Assembly: GCA_050732575.1 (NCBI GenBank)
Contig: JBOHRF010000002.1
Location: 2,895 to 66,894, forward strand
DNA length: 64,000 nucleotides
DNA from: Longimicrobiales bacterium
Lineage (GTDB): Bacteria; Gemmatimonadota; Gemmatimonadetes; Longimicrobiales; RSA9
Reading direction: 5' to 3'
In this document: piece by piece, positions 40,133-49,489 of the stretch
Layout: every line of letters begins with the position of its first letter
Position numbering within the stretch: the stretch's first letter is position 1
Notes under the pieces: model-generated
What the model was told of the DNA's origin: nothing
Seen by the model: the letters and a program-made list of their open reading frames with translations, nothing else
Database searches by the model: none
Position numbers and translations under genes: made by a program

Positions 40133-40363
40133 GGTTCATCGCTGGATGAAAGGAGGGGTCAAGGACGGCGCAGCCGCTTGGCGAAGGCGCGCGCAGCGCG
40201 CCGGAGATCCTTGACGCCTGGCTCCCGGGTGTAGCTTTGAAACAGCCGAGAGGCGTTGTTCTTTTTTGGGCTCTGGTGAAGTGTCGGCGCGCAGCGCCGA
40301 CTTCCGATTACTGGGCGGGGTTTGGTTGATTCGTTCGTCTAGAGCGGCAGCAAAAGCGATCGA

Positions 40364-40999
40364 TCAGGCGTCAGGAATCGCTCCCGGGTCGATCGCCGTC
40401 TGAGCTGCGATTACAGCGGAGGAGCCTGGATGAAGGTGGTCGTAGAATAAGGCGATGTTCTCACCGACCCCGGTTGCCGAGGGATAGATGATCGCCTCGT
40501 AGCCAGAACGGCGAGCTGCGGCCGCGACTTCCTGACACGCAGTGAAATCATCCAAAGCCAGACTTGCGGCGCTCACGCCCCATTCCGTCTGAATGTTCGT
40601 GTCGGTCAGGTCGAGCACATTGGCGAGCCGCAGTTCAACGGTGACCAGGTCACGCGGCATCAAGTAGCTGATCGGAATTCCGACCCGATATGCGCGACGC
40701 GCCAGCTCTCGCAACGCAGTTTCCGGCTCGAGCGAGAGATAGATCGCGCCAAACTCCCCCGCGATGTGAAAACGGCCAGGTTCTGATGTCCTGGCCGTCG
40801 CGGCGATCGTTGCGCTGAGGTCTGTGTGGACAGGCCGAGTGTGACGATAGGCCAGGCCACGAAACGTGCGCCCGCGCGTCAGCCTGTCATTCCGGAGTTG
40901 AGGCCATACAGAATGCCCGTGAGCACCTCGAGCCGGCCCTCTTGGATCAGGTCGATTGGCCGATGGCCGCGCAGCGCCGGGATCTTCTTGACGAGCCAC
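40364..40999 (-). CDS. RES-domain toxin (NAD+-targeting family); true start uncertain
   Basis: FRGLAYRHTRP...GRFH...GAIYLSLEPETALRE...IIYPSATG gives the R, E and S signature residues. The only ATG (40999) overlaps the antitoxin gene by 121 nt. Confidence 0.75.
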   Translation of the reverse strand: MARQEDPGAARPSANRPDPRGPARGAHGHSVWPQLRNDRLTRGRTFRGLAYRHTRPVHTDLSATIAATARTSEPGRFHIAGEFGAIYLSLEPETALRELARRAYRVGIPISYLMPRDLVTVELRLANVLDLTDTNIQTEWGVSAASLALDDFTACQEVAAAARRSGYEAIIYPSATGVGENIALFYDHLHPGSSAVIAAQTAIDPGAIPDA

Positions 41000-41223
41000 G
41001 CCTGCGCATCCTTGGCCTTGCGGAAGGTCTCACGCAACTCATCCAGGAACTCCTCGAGCGCTTCGAGACGGGCGGCGAACACGGGTGAAGGTTCTCCGCC
41101 GCTGCGCCAACGATGCAGCGTGCTTTCATCGGCCTTGATCGCTTCGGCAATCTTCTGGTACGAGAGTCCCAGGTACTCATGGGCTCTTTCGATCGCCTGG
41201 ACGTGCGGACTCAGTACTGCCAT
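40879..41223 (-). CDS. Xre-type antitoxin with a DUF2384 C-terminal domain (ParS/MbcA-like)
   Basis: HTH (LGLSYQKIAEAIKADESTLHRWRSG) plus WLVKKIPALRGHRPIDLIQEGRLEVLTGILYGL. Confidence 0.8.
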   Translation of the reverse strand: MAVLSPHVQAIERAHEYLGLSYQKIAEAIKADESTLHRWRSGGEPSPVFAARLEALEEFLDELRETFRKAKDAQAWLVKKIPALRGHRPIDLIQEGRLEVLTGILYGLNSGMTG

Positions 41224-41389
41224 TCGATCCTCCTTGCACCTGCCCTAATCTCGCCTATCATACTTGCATTTGCAAGTATAACGCCCTCGGGAGTTCCCAC
41301 AATTCTGCCGAATCGGGGATTTGGAACGTTCAGGCTCCAGGAACAAGTGGCGGGCGCCACATTGCCGTGCGAACGAGGGAGAAAGCATA

Positions 41390-42613
41390 ATGCCCGACGT
41401 AAGCCTCACCCGCGAGGAGTTGTACGAGCAGGTGTGGTCGAAGCCCATGCGAACGCTCGCGGCCAGATACGGTCTTTCGGACGTGGGACTGGCAAAGACC
41501 TGTCGACGCATGCGTATTCCAGTGCCTGGCCGCGGATATTGGGCAAAGCGCCAGCACGAAAAGTCTGTGCGACGTATTCCGCTGCCTAAACTGCCTGCAT
41601 CCGTTGGCACCGCGTTGCGTGAGTTTACCATCCGAGAGCGGACCGACACTCCTGATCCTGAAGAGGTGGCAACCGGTCCAATCGCCGAGCAGCGACGATT
41701 CGAAGCACTCGAGGAGAACAGGATCCGCGTTGCCGATAGCCTCAGCGATCCGCACCCGCTCGTTGCGACGACCATAAAGGCGCTGCGTAAGGCAAAGCCG
41801 AATTACGAAGGCTATCTCGTTCCTGGCGCCAATGGTCTCAATGTCCAGCTCACACTGGACGGCGCCGATCGAGCGATGTGCATTCTCGACGCACTGCTCA
41901 AGGCCCTCGATGCACGAGGATTCACCACAACAGTTCGCCCCGCACAGCGAGAAGGTGGTGACACGCGGACCGTCGTACGAGTGCACGGCGAAGATGTGGA
42001 GATAGCAATCTCCAAGCGAGTCGATGTTGTCGAAGTTCCGGATCCAAAACCCGCGACAAAGCAGCGCAGGGCGTCACTGGCGCTCGACTCGTGGCGCCGA
42101 ACGAGCGCTCCACCATCAACGACAACTCGCCGCGAACTCCGGTCGAGTGGCAAATACACGCTTCGCATTGATCATTCCTACCTCGGGATCAGGTCTTCCT
42201 GGTCTGATGGCAAGCGGCAGCAGGTCGCCGAGTGCCTGAACGCGTTTGCGATCGCGCTCGTTGTGGCGGCTGAGAAACTGAAGGAGCAACGGCTCGAACG
42301 CGAAGCGCGCGAGCGAGAGTGGAAAGCTGCCGAAGAGCGGCGACTCGAACAACAGCGTCGGCGTGAGGAAGAGGAAGCGCGTATCCGCGCGCTGAACGAC
42401 GTGTTATCGGCATGGCGTGATGCGCGTGATATTCGGCAATACGTCTCCGAAGCGCGAGCCGCGCTCGAACGAGCCGGCGGAGGAGTGCCAAGCGAGGACA
42501 TCCAAGTCTGGCTGGCATGGGCCGAGGAATACGCGGCACGAGTTGATCCGTTCATCCCGCAACCCAATGTACCAGAGGATCCGGGACTGCCACGCAGAAT
42601 GTACGGGTGGTAA
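41390..42613 (+). CDS. Hypothetical protein: N-terminal HTH-like module plus Glu/Arg coiled coil
   Basis: LYEQVWSKPMRTLAARYGLSDVGLAKTCRRMRIPVPGRGYWAK (a widespread uncharacterised N-terminal module), and EREAREREWKAAEERRLEQQRRREEEEARIRAL. Start trimmed to ATG 41390. Confidence 0.6.
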   Translation: MPDVSLTREELYEQVWSKPMRTLAARYGLSDVGLAKTCRRMRIPVPGRGYWAKRQHEKSVRRIPLPKLPASVGTALREFTIRERTDTPDPEEVATGPIAEQRRFEALEENRIRVADSLSDPHPLVATTIKALRKAKPNYEGYLVPGANGLNVQLTLDGADRAMCILDALLKALDARGFTTTVRPAQREGGDTRTVVRVHGEDVEIAISKRVDVVEVPDPKPATKQRRASLALDSWRRTSAPPSTTTRRELRSSGKYTLRIDHSYLGIRSSWSDGKRQQVAECLNAFAIALVVAAEKLKEQRLEREAREREWKAAEERRLEQQRRREEEEARIRALNDVLSAWRDARDIRQYVSEARAALERAGGGVPSEDIQVWLAWAEEYAARVDPFIPQPNVPEDPGLPRRMYGW

Positions 42614-42647
42614 CCGGTTCCGTTAACTACGACTCCGAGATCAATCC

Positions 42648-43355
42648 ATGGCAACTGCGCTCATCAAACCGGTTACCCGGGAAGTCGTTCTTGGCGACGA
42701 AACCTATAAGGTCGTCATCTCTACCGAGGGCGTGCGTGTAACCCGAAAGGGAGCTCGCAAAGGTGCGGAGTTGAAATGGGATGCCATTCTCGCCCTCGGA
42801 CAGGAGCCAGAGCCGGTAGCGCAGCCGCACCACGCGACGCCATCCTCAGACCTTCCAACGGCGATCGCGGCAGATCTTGCGAAGGAACTACGCACGGCTG
42901 ACAAGGCGCTCACGCAAGCGCGTGAACTTCTCGCTCGCGCCGGATCCGTCCCTGCTGCGCTTCTCAAAGAAATTGAGCCAGACCCGATCTACGGTCGCGC
43001 CGAGCCACGAACCGACTGGTACATCGAGCCGCTATTGACGGCTATTGAGGTCGCGTCGCTTCTCCGCATTTCGCGAGCGGCGGTGACCCGGCTCGGCATC
43101 CCCAGTGTGCAAATCGCAGGTGAGCTACGCTACCGCCAGTCGGAGCTGCGCCGCTACCTCGCTAACCATGAAAGCACATACTTCTTGTACATGATCACTC
43201 GGAATCGCAAGTACGAGATCATCCGGCAGCGTGATGCAGGCCAGGTTGACGAGCCGGTGGATTTGACGGAATACCTGAAGGACTTGTTCCAGAGCTACTA
43301 CGCGGAGTTCCTACTCAACTTCGAAGTGCAGGAGCTAGTGGCGGCGCTGGAGTGA
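42648..43355 (+). CDS. Hypothetical protein with an excisionase/MerR-type HTH (HTH_17-like)
   Basis: LLTAIEVASLLRISRAAVTRLGIPSVQIAGELRYRQSELRRYL. Confidence 0.55.
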   Translation: MATALIKPVTREVVLGDETYKVVISTEGVRVTRKGARKGAELKWDAILALGQEPEPVAQPHHATPSSDLPTAIAADLAKELRTADKALTQARELLARAGSVPAALLKEIEPDPIYGRAEPRTDWYIEPLLTAIEVASLLRISRAAVTRLGIPSVQIAGELRYRQSELRRYLANHESTYFLYMITRNRKYEIIRQRDAGQVDEPVDLTEYLKDLFQSYYAEFLLNFEVQELVAALE

Positions 43356-43511
43356 CATCGTACGCCGAAATCGCGGGGCGGGACCTAAAACTGGTCCCGC
43401 CCCGCAATTGTTCCATCATCACGATCTGAGATGTTTGGGCATCGAGTCCGTGGTCGCGGGCGATGCGCACCAAACCCTCGACGGGCAATTGGTCCACTAA
43501 AATGTGGCAAC

Positions 43512-44345
43512 ATGGGCGAAACGGCCGTAAGTCTTCGTGAGCATTGCGCCCGGCTTTCGAACCTGCTTGCCGTAATTTCGCAACAAAGTCGAATCGGCGC
43601 GTGCGACCACTGGAATGGCGCTTCAGATTGGCTGTACGTAGCAGCGAGTGTGGAGTCGGTCTCTGTGAACACAACGGCTTACGACGATTCGACAGAAATG
43701 TGCGGAGACGCTTGGGACTACCCATCGGCTAGAAGTACTGCGCTCTCGGAGATAGCAACTGAGGTTTCGCGTTTTACTTTTGTCTGGGGAGGTCTCGAAT
43801 TTAGCCTCCACGCTCTCGATCTGCCGCCTGTCCCAAAGGCACTCAAAGCCGGATCTGGTTTGATCCAGAGGGCGGCTTACTATCTCACAATTCATCCGCG
43901 CTGCAACCCAGTTGCTGCGTACAAGGAAAGTCTCGCCGACATCCACGCCGCACTCCGAGCTCTAAACGACGCCCACTGGCTACCGTATTTCAAACTGACG
44001 CCGTGGTGCTCATTCGCCGGCATCGGCCTGAATATTGTGCGCTTACTCCGCAACTCCTTCGCCCACGGGAGCCGTGATCTCCCCGAAGCACCGGATCAAT
44101 GGACGATCCACGAGGTCAAGTTGGTCCAGGCGAGTCTCCGAACGATACTGCTCACTCTCCAAGAACTGATCCGACTCCGCCTTCGTCAAGAGCTCATCAT
44201 GGCCGACTGGCTCCTCAAAGATGGTGTCGATCGAGAAAACAGACCGTTTGACGAGCTGTTACGGGTCTTACATCTGAAGGCCGCGTACTCGGATACGCTC
44301 TCCGAACAAGCGGACATGTTCAGAGCCGATAGGTGTAAAAAATGA
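43512..44345 (+). CDS. Hypothetical protein with a HEPN-type Rx4H motif (putative RNase, Abi-like)
   Basis: LLRNSFAHGS at 44049-44066 (R-x4-H). Predicted to be alpha-helical. The local GC looks lower than the flanks. Start trimmed to ATG 43512. Confidence 0.5.
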   Translation: MGETAVSLREHCARLSNLLAVISQQSRIGACDHWNGASDWLYVAASVESVSVNTTAYDDSTEMCGDAWDYPSARSTALSEIATEVSRFTFVWGGLEFSLHALDLPPVPKALKAGSGLIQRAAYYLTIHPRCNPVAAYKESLADIHAALRALNDAHWLPYFKLTPWCSFAGIGLNIVRLLRNSFAHGSRDLPEAPDQWTIHEVKLVQASLRTILLTLQELIRLRLRQELIMADWLLKDGVDRENRPFDELLRVLHLKAAYSDTLSEQADMFRADRCKK

Positions 44346-45067
44346 TTGTCCGGCGGTCTTGTCCCTAGTACCGCTGTCCGAGAGTTCCGCTGCGACGGCC
44401 TGAGCTGAACTTCTGGTGGTAGACGCCTCTCGATAGCCGGCTGCATCGTTTGTGAAATCGTCTGGCCTCGTCTTGAACAGACCGGTCACCAGAGCGAGGA
44501 ACGTGAAGAGCAGGGTGGATCGCCAGTCTAATCGTTCGGCGGCGACGATTCGCCGCCGGCGCTCCGCCGCGTCGCGCCTGAGCAGGTTCTGGATGGTGTT
44601 GGCTTCCGCAATCAAACCGGCGGACAGATCCGTTCAGACTCGGCCGGTGCGGGCGTCCGCGGGCGGGTCCGGCCGGCCAGAGGAGAATCAACCCGCGGCA
44701 CGGTGTGCTGCCACCGGCGCGACAACTCTTGCAGACGCGCAATGTGGTCCGCGACATCAGCATCGTTGAAGCGAGGAATCAACTGACCAAGCGCCGTGAG
44801 CGATTGTTGCTCGTCCGTGCGCGCACCTTCAAAACTGTGCAGGAACTCCTGGTCGTGCGTGAGTGCAAAACCGCGCAGCGCAGACATCGCGAGTGCCACG
44901 GCCAGCTGCACCTCGCGGGCCAGCTCGCGGGCGTGCTCCACTTCGGCAATCTGCCGGCGCAAACTTCGACCCCGGAATGGCACCACGGTAGTCACGGTGG
45001 CGAGTGTGACCAGAGAAGCAAACAGCACGACGGGTGCAACAATCGACGATTTCCGAGCAATCCGCAT
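44268..45067 (-). pseudogene. CHASE3 sensor-domain gene remnant (frameshifted, no transmitter domain)
   Basis: ORF 44612..45067 has TM1 plus the CHASE3 N-terminal part. ORF 44268..44615, in another frame, has the CHASE3 end plus TM2 (AEANTIQNLLRRDAAERRRR...STLLFTFLALVTGLF). No HAMP, HisKA or HATPase domain follows. Confidence 0.6.
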
Positions 45068-45136
45068 ACATGGTCACTGGGCGAAAGAATAGAATAGTCC
45101 GACCGCCCTCAGCAAACGCGCGGTCCCTCAGCTCTC

Positions 45137-45439
45137 TTACGTCTCGGCCAGGATATTATCGCCTTCGACCTGCACCAAACGGGAACGAACGGGCCGCGCG
45201 GCTGGTCCGCGCAGGACGGCGCCGGATGTCACATCGAACTGGCTCCCGTGACACGCGCACGTGATGGTCGTGCCATCCAGCTTGCCCTTCGCGAGTGAGC
45301 ACCCTGCGTGCGTGCAGGTATCATCGAAGGCGTACAGATGTCCGTCCACATTTGTCACGTTCACTTTGGTTCCCGCGACATCAAAGACGCGCATCTGATG
45401 CACGGCGACATCCTTCGAGTTAGCAACGCGTACCAGCAT
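45137..45439 (-). CDS. Rieske [2Fe-2S] ferredoxin-type protein
   Basis: CTHAGC...CACHGSQF cluster ligands. GGAGGT lies upstream of ATG 45439. Confidence 0.85.
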   Translation of the reverse strand: MLVRVANSKDVAVHQMRVFDVAGTKVNVTNVDGHLYAFDDTCTHAGCSLAKGKLDGTTITCACHGSQFDVTSGAVLRGPAARPVRSRLVQVEGDNILAET

Positions 45440-45599
45440 GACCTGTACCTCCAAATTGTTGTGCTCGACGACGCAGCGGCAAATCCTCAACCCGCTTTCC
45501 TGAGCGTCGCGGTCTTGCGCTCGGCCGCTGCTTATGAGCCGGCGCGTGATCGTGTCGAGCCAGAGGTCTGCCCGGCGTCGTGAAGCTTGTTCGTTCCTT

Positions 45600-47084
45600 T
45601 CATGATTCCACCGTTTCCCACGCGTCGGGGAGGCTTGCCGCCGCATGGTCGACCAGCCAGCGCAGGCGCCCCTCACGTGGCGCGACCATCTGCGCGGGGA
45701 ACAGGTCGGGCCGGTAAGGTCCCTCGGTCACCTGGCGCAACATCTTCGCCTTGTCCCTACCGGAGACCAGGAACGCGACATTAGCAGCGGCATTGATCGC
45801 GAGTAGCGTGAGCGTGACGCGCCACGTCGACAGGGCAGCAACGTAGTGCGCTACCGCCCATCGTGTTCTCTCATGGATAGCTGCTGTTCCCGGAAACAGC
45901 GACGCGGTGTGGCCATCCTCGCCCAATCCGAGGAGGGCAAGATCGAAGTGGCCCCCTGGCTCACGGCGCGGCGGGCCCTCTGGAGTGGCGAACACCGCCC
46001 GCAGCGCACGTTCGTAGTTCGCCGCGGCTTCCGTCGGATCGTCCTCACCGTGAATCCGATGAACGTTTGCTTCGGGCACCGGCAGGTGATCGAGCAACGA
46101 CTCGCGCGCCAGCCGATAATTGCTGGCCGGGTCATCCGGCGGCACGCACCGCTCGTCGCTCCAGAACACCTCAACAAGCTCCCAATCCAAGCTCGCGCGA
46201 TACGGATCGCTGGCTAGCAATTCGTAAAGGCCTTTGGGCGTGGCGCCACCCGACAGGGCGACGGCGAATCGACCTCTGGCACGGATGGCGTGAATGGCGC
46301 AGCGAACGAACACTTCGGCTGCGGCCCGCATAAGGGCATCCGCAGTTGGGTGCACCTCGACCAACACGACCTTTTGTGCTCCTTCGGGCTGGCGCTCGTC
46401 CCACATTCGAAATCCGCCGATGAAGGCGGTCCCGTTGTCCACGCAACGCGCGCCGGGCGGGAGCTCCTTCAGCCGTTTGGCGTTACCACCACCCACTACG
46501 ATGTCGTCCGCCTGCAGCGCCGTCTTCAGGAGCGCGATCACCCGCGCGACATGACGCCGCCAGCGCTTCTCCCCAAGGCGCTCGAGGCCGCGAATTCCTA
46601 CGTAGTCCTCGAAGGTGCGTCCCTTTCTATACGGGAGGTGCGCAAGCTCCATGGGCGCGAGGACGCCATCGATGACCAGCGTCGAGCCGAGGCCGGTGCC
46701 GAGGCCGAGGTAGAGCATGCGGCCGTGCCGGTAGCTGCCCAGCGCCTGCAACGCGGCGTCGTTGATCACCCGCGCGGGGCGACCAAAAGCCTCGCCGAAA
46801 TCGAAGCCCACCCATCCGCTTCCCAGATTGTGCGGTTCGGCTACCGGACGATCGTGGGCAACCACCCCCGGATATCCGATCGACACCACATCGTAGGTCC
46901 AGTCCCCAGTGAGCCGCTTGACCGCCGCCACCATGACTTCCGGTGTCATTGCCGGACCGGACCGGACTTCTCGCGGCGTGCGGTGTGCGGTCGCCAGTAC
47001 CTTCACATGGGTACCGCCGATGTCGATCACGAGGACTCTGGGACAACGCGGTCTCGTGCTGGTCAACATGCCGGGCTGTGCCAT
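45600..47084 (-). CDS. Fusion protein: ROK/polyphosphate-type glucokinase (N-terminal) plus 6-phosphogluconolactonase (C-terminal)
   Basis: N-terminal half has [13 protein letters not shown]...GYPGVV...[12 protein letters not shown]-terminal half has [18 protein letters not shown]...WSDERCVP...[16 protein letters not shown]. Confidence 0.8.
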   Translation of the reverse strand: MAQPGMLTSTRPRCPRVLVIDIGGTHVKVLATAHRTPREVRSGPAMTPEVMVAAVKRLTGDWTYDVVSIGYPGVVAHDRPVAEPHNLGSGWVGFDFGEAFGRPARVINDAALQALGSYRHGRMLYLGLGTGLGSTLVIDGVLAPMELAHLPYRKGRTFEDYVGIRGLERLGEKRWRRHVARVIALLKTALQADDIVVGGGNAKRLKELPPGARCVDNGTAFIGGFRMWDERQPEGAQKVVLVEVHPTADALMRAAAEVFVRCAIHAIRARGRFAVALSGGATPKGLYELLASDPYRASLDWELVEVFWSDERCVPPDDPASNYRLARESLLDHLPVPEANVHRIHGEDDPTEAAANYERALRAVFATPEGPPRREPGGHFDLALLGLGEDGHTASLFPGTAAIHERTRWAVAHYVAALSTWRVTLTLLAINAAANVAFLVSGRDKAKMLRQVTEGPYRPDLFPAQMVAPREGRLRWLVDHAAASLPDAWETVES

Positions 47085-48430
47085 TCACCAATTCCCGCCG
47101 GGAGCGTCTCCGCTTCCCTTGGTCCCCAGCTTCCGGGTTCATACACATGCACCGGGGTGGACGACCCCAGGATCGGCTGCACTACTGCCCAGGCCGCCTC
47201 GACGGCGTCTTCGCGGGCGAAGAGAGTTCCGTCACCCGCTATGGCCTCGCCGAGCAACCGTTCATAGGCGTCCATCTCCTGGGCATCCGATTGGCGGACC
47301 ACTTGGAGTTCCGTCGGCTCGGTCTCTGTTTGCTCCCCCGCGCGCTTGACGCGCACTCCGATGGCAATGGTCGTGTCCGGGCTCAACCGGAAACGGAAGT
47401 AGTTCGTGTCGCTCGGGCACAGTTTGCTGAGCGGGGGCCTGCGCAGCGTAACCAGCACTTCGGTGGCGGTCGTGGCCAGACATTTGCCCGCCCGGATGAA
47501 AAACGGAACGCCATCCCAGCGCCAGGAGTCGATGTGAAGCCGGACGGCGACAAAGGTTTCAACCTCTGAGTCCGGGCTCACGCCCTCCTCGGTCCGGTAG
47601 CCGCGATACTGCCCGCGAACCAGGTCCGCCGGGCGGAGCGGACGCATCATCTGGAAGACCTTGACCTTCTCGTCACGGACGGACTCGTGATAGGCGGTCG
47701 ATGGCGGCTCCATGGCCAGGAAGCCAACGACCTGCAACATGTGGTTTTGGACTACGTCGCGGACGGCCCCAACTTCCTCGTAAAAACGACCGCGTCCTTC
47801 AACGCCAAATTTTTCCGCCATCGTGATCTGCATGCTCTCGACGTAATTGCGATTCCAGATCGGCTCGAGGAACGTGTTCGCGAAGCGGAAGACGAGGAGG
47901 TTTTGCACCGCCTCCTTCCCCAGGTAGTGGTCGATGCGGAAGATGTCGGGTTCGTCGAAAACCCTGTGCAACGTTGCGTTGAGTGCTTGTGCAGAGGGGA
48001 CGTCGCGGCCGAAGGGCTTCTCCACGACGACGCGGGCGCCGCGGGCGCAATTGGCCTGACCGAGCCCTTCGACCACGGTCGGAAATAGGCTGGGTGGGAT
48101 CGCCAGATAATGAAGGGGCCGGGTCGCGTCTCCCAGTGCGCGGCGAAGTGCGGTGAAGGTCGCAGGATTGCCGTAGTCACCGCTCACGTAGCGAAGGTTC
48201 TTGCCGAGCTTGCCGAAGGCTGCTTCGCTGACCTCGCCGTGCGACCCGACACTCTCCCGGACGCGCGCCCGAAATTGCTCGAGCGTCCAGTTTGAGCGCG
48301 CCACGCCGACCACCGGGATGTCCAGATTCCCGCGCCGCGTGATCGCCAGGAGCGCGGGGAAGATTTTCTTGTATGCCAGGTCGCCGCTCGCCCCGAAAAT
48401 CGCGAGGGCGTCCGACCGCGCCACGCTCAC
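47063..48430 (-). CDS. zwf: Glucose-6-phosphate dehydrogenase
   Basis: [26 protein letters not shown] and EPIWNR blocks. GTG 48430 overlaps the gnd stop (GTGA). Confidence 0.9.
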   Translation of the reverse strand: MSVARSDALAIFGASGDLAYKKIFPALLAITRRGNLDIPVVGVARSNWTLEQFRARVRESVGSHGEVSEAAFGKLGKNLRYVSGDYGNPATFTALRRALGDATRPLHYLAIPPSLFPTVVEGLGQANCARGARVVVEKPFGRDVPSAQALNATLHRVFDEPDIFRIDHYLGKEAVQNLLVFRFANTFLEPIWNRNYVESMQITMAEKFGVEGRGRFYEEVGAVRDVVQNHMLQVVGFLAMEPPSTAYHESVRDEKVKVFQMMRPLRPADLVRGQYRGYRTEEGVSPDSEVETFVAVRLHIDSWRWDGVPFFIRAGKCLATTATEVLVTLRRPPLSKLCPSDTNYFRFRLSPDTTIAIGVRVKRAGEQTETEPTELQVVRQSDAQEMDAYERLLGEAIAGDGTLFAREDAVEAAWAVVQPILGSSTPVHVYEPGSWGPREAETLPAGIGEWHSPAC

Positions 48431-49443
48431 GATCCGGGTCCCTTCTCGACGTGGCCGCCGAACCCCAGCCGCATGGCGGAGAGCACACGGTTCTGGAAGT
48501 AGTCCGCGTCTTGCGAAGTGAAGCGCTCGAACAGGGCCGCACTCAGGATGTGCGCGGGCACGCCCTCGTCTATCGCTGCATCGAGCGTCCAGCGCCCTTC
48601 GCCCGAGTCCGAAACCCGCCCGCTGAAACGCTCGAGCTTCGGGTCGCTGGCCAGTGCCGCGGCCGTCAGGTCGAGCAGCCACGATGCGATCACACTGCCA
48701 CGCCGCCAGACTTCTGTGATGTCCGCGAGATCCAGATCGTACTGGTAGTACTCGGGATGCCGCAGCGGCGTCGTTTCGGCATCGGCTGCCCGCATGTGCG
48801 TGCCGGCGTTGGCGTGCTTCAGGATGTTGAGCCCCTCGGCATAGGCCGCCATGAGCCCGTATTCGATTCCGTTGTGCACCATCTTCACGAAGTGACCGGC
48901 GCCGTTCGGGCCGCAATGGAGGTAGCCCTGCTCCGCTGTGCCCGCTCGCGCGCGGCCGAATGTGCGGGCCGCCGCGCCTTCACCAGGAGCGAGCGTGGCA
49001 AAAATTGGATCCAATCGTCGCACCGCATGAGATTCGCCGCCGATCATGAGGCAATAACCGCGCTCGAGCCCCCACACGCCGCCGCTGGTCCCGCAGTCGA
49101 TGTAGTGGAGTCCACGCTCCGCCAGTCGCTTCGCGCGCTCGATGTCGTCGCGGTAATAGGAATTGCCGCCGTCAACCACACTGTCGCCGGCTGCGAGTAG
49201 CGGGACGAGTTCGTCGAGTGTGGTATCGACCACTGCCGCCGGCACCATGAGCCAGACGATTCGTGGTGTTATCAGTCGAGAGACGAGATCCTCGAGCGAG
49301 GCGGCGCCTTGTGCGCCTTCCCGGGCGAGTGCGTGCACAGCGTCCTGCGCAACGTCGTGCGCGACGCATGTGTGACCGCCGCGCATGAGCCGCCGCACCA
49401 TGTGCGCGCCCATACGGCCGAGACCGATCATTCCGACCTGCAT
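48427..49443 (-). CDS. gnd: 6-phosphogluconate dehydrogenase, decarboxylating (short form)
   Basis: [29 protein letters not shown] and [19 protein letters not shown] lies upstream of ATG 49443. Confidence 0.85.
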   Translation of the reverse strand: MQVGMIGLGRMGAHMVRRLMRGGHTCVAHDVAQDAVHALAREGAQGAASLEDLVSRLITPRIVWLMVPAAVVDTTLDELVPLLAAGDSVVDGGNSYYRDDIERAKRLAERGLHYIDCGTSGGVWGLERGYCLMIGGESHAVRRLDPIFATLAPGEGAAARTFGRARAGTAEQGYLHCGPNGAGHFVKMVHNGIEYGLMAAYAEGLNILKHANAGTHMRAADAETTPLRHPEYYQYDLDLADITEVWRRGSVIASWLLDLTAAALASDPKLERFSGRVSDSGEGRWTLDAAIDEGVPAHILSAALFERFTSQDADYFQNRVLSAMRLGFGGHVEKGPGS

Positions 49444-49489
49444 CGGCGCCTCCTCGCGTTGGCGCATGGATGGTGCGAGGGCAATCCAC

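Noticed and set aside
40133-40363. GC-rich hairpins (GTCGGCGC-gca-GCGCCGAC near 40294-40312, GGCGCGC-gca-GCGCGCC near 40186-40202, and the 8-bp inverted repeat GTCAAGGA...TCCTTGAC) as terminators or att sites at the left edge of the TA/HEPN island.
   Set aside because: None is followed by a U-tract on the relevant strand, and none is repeated at the right edge (44.35-44.5 kb).
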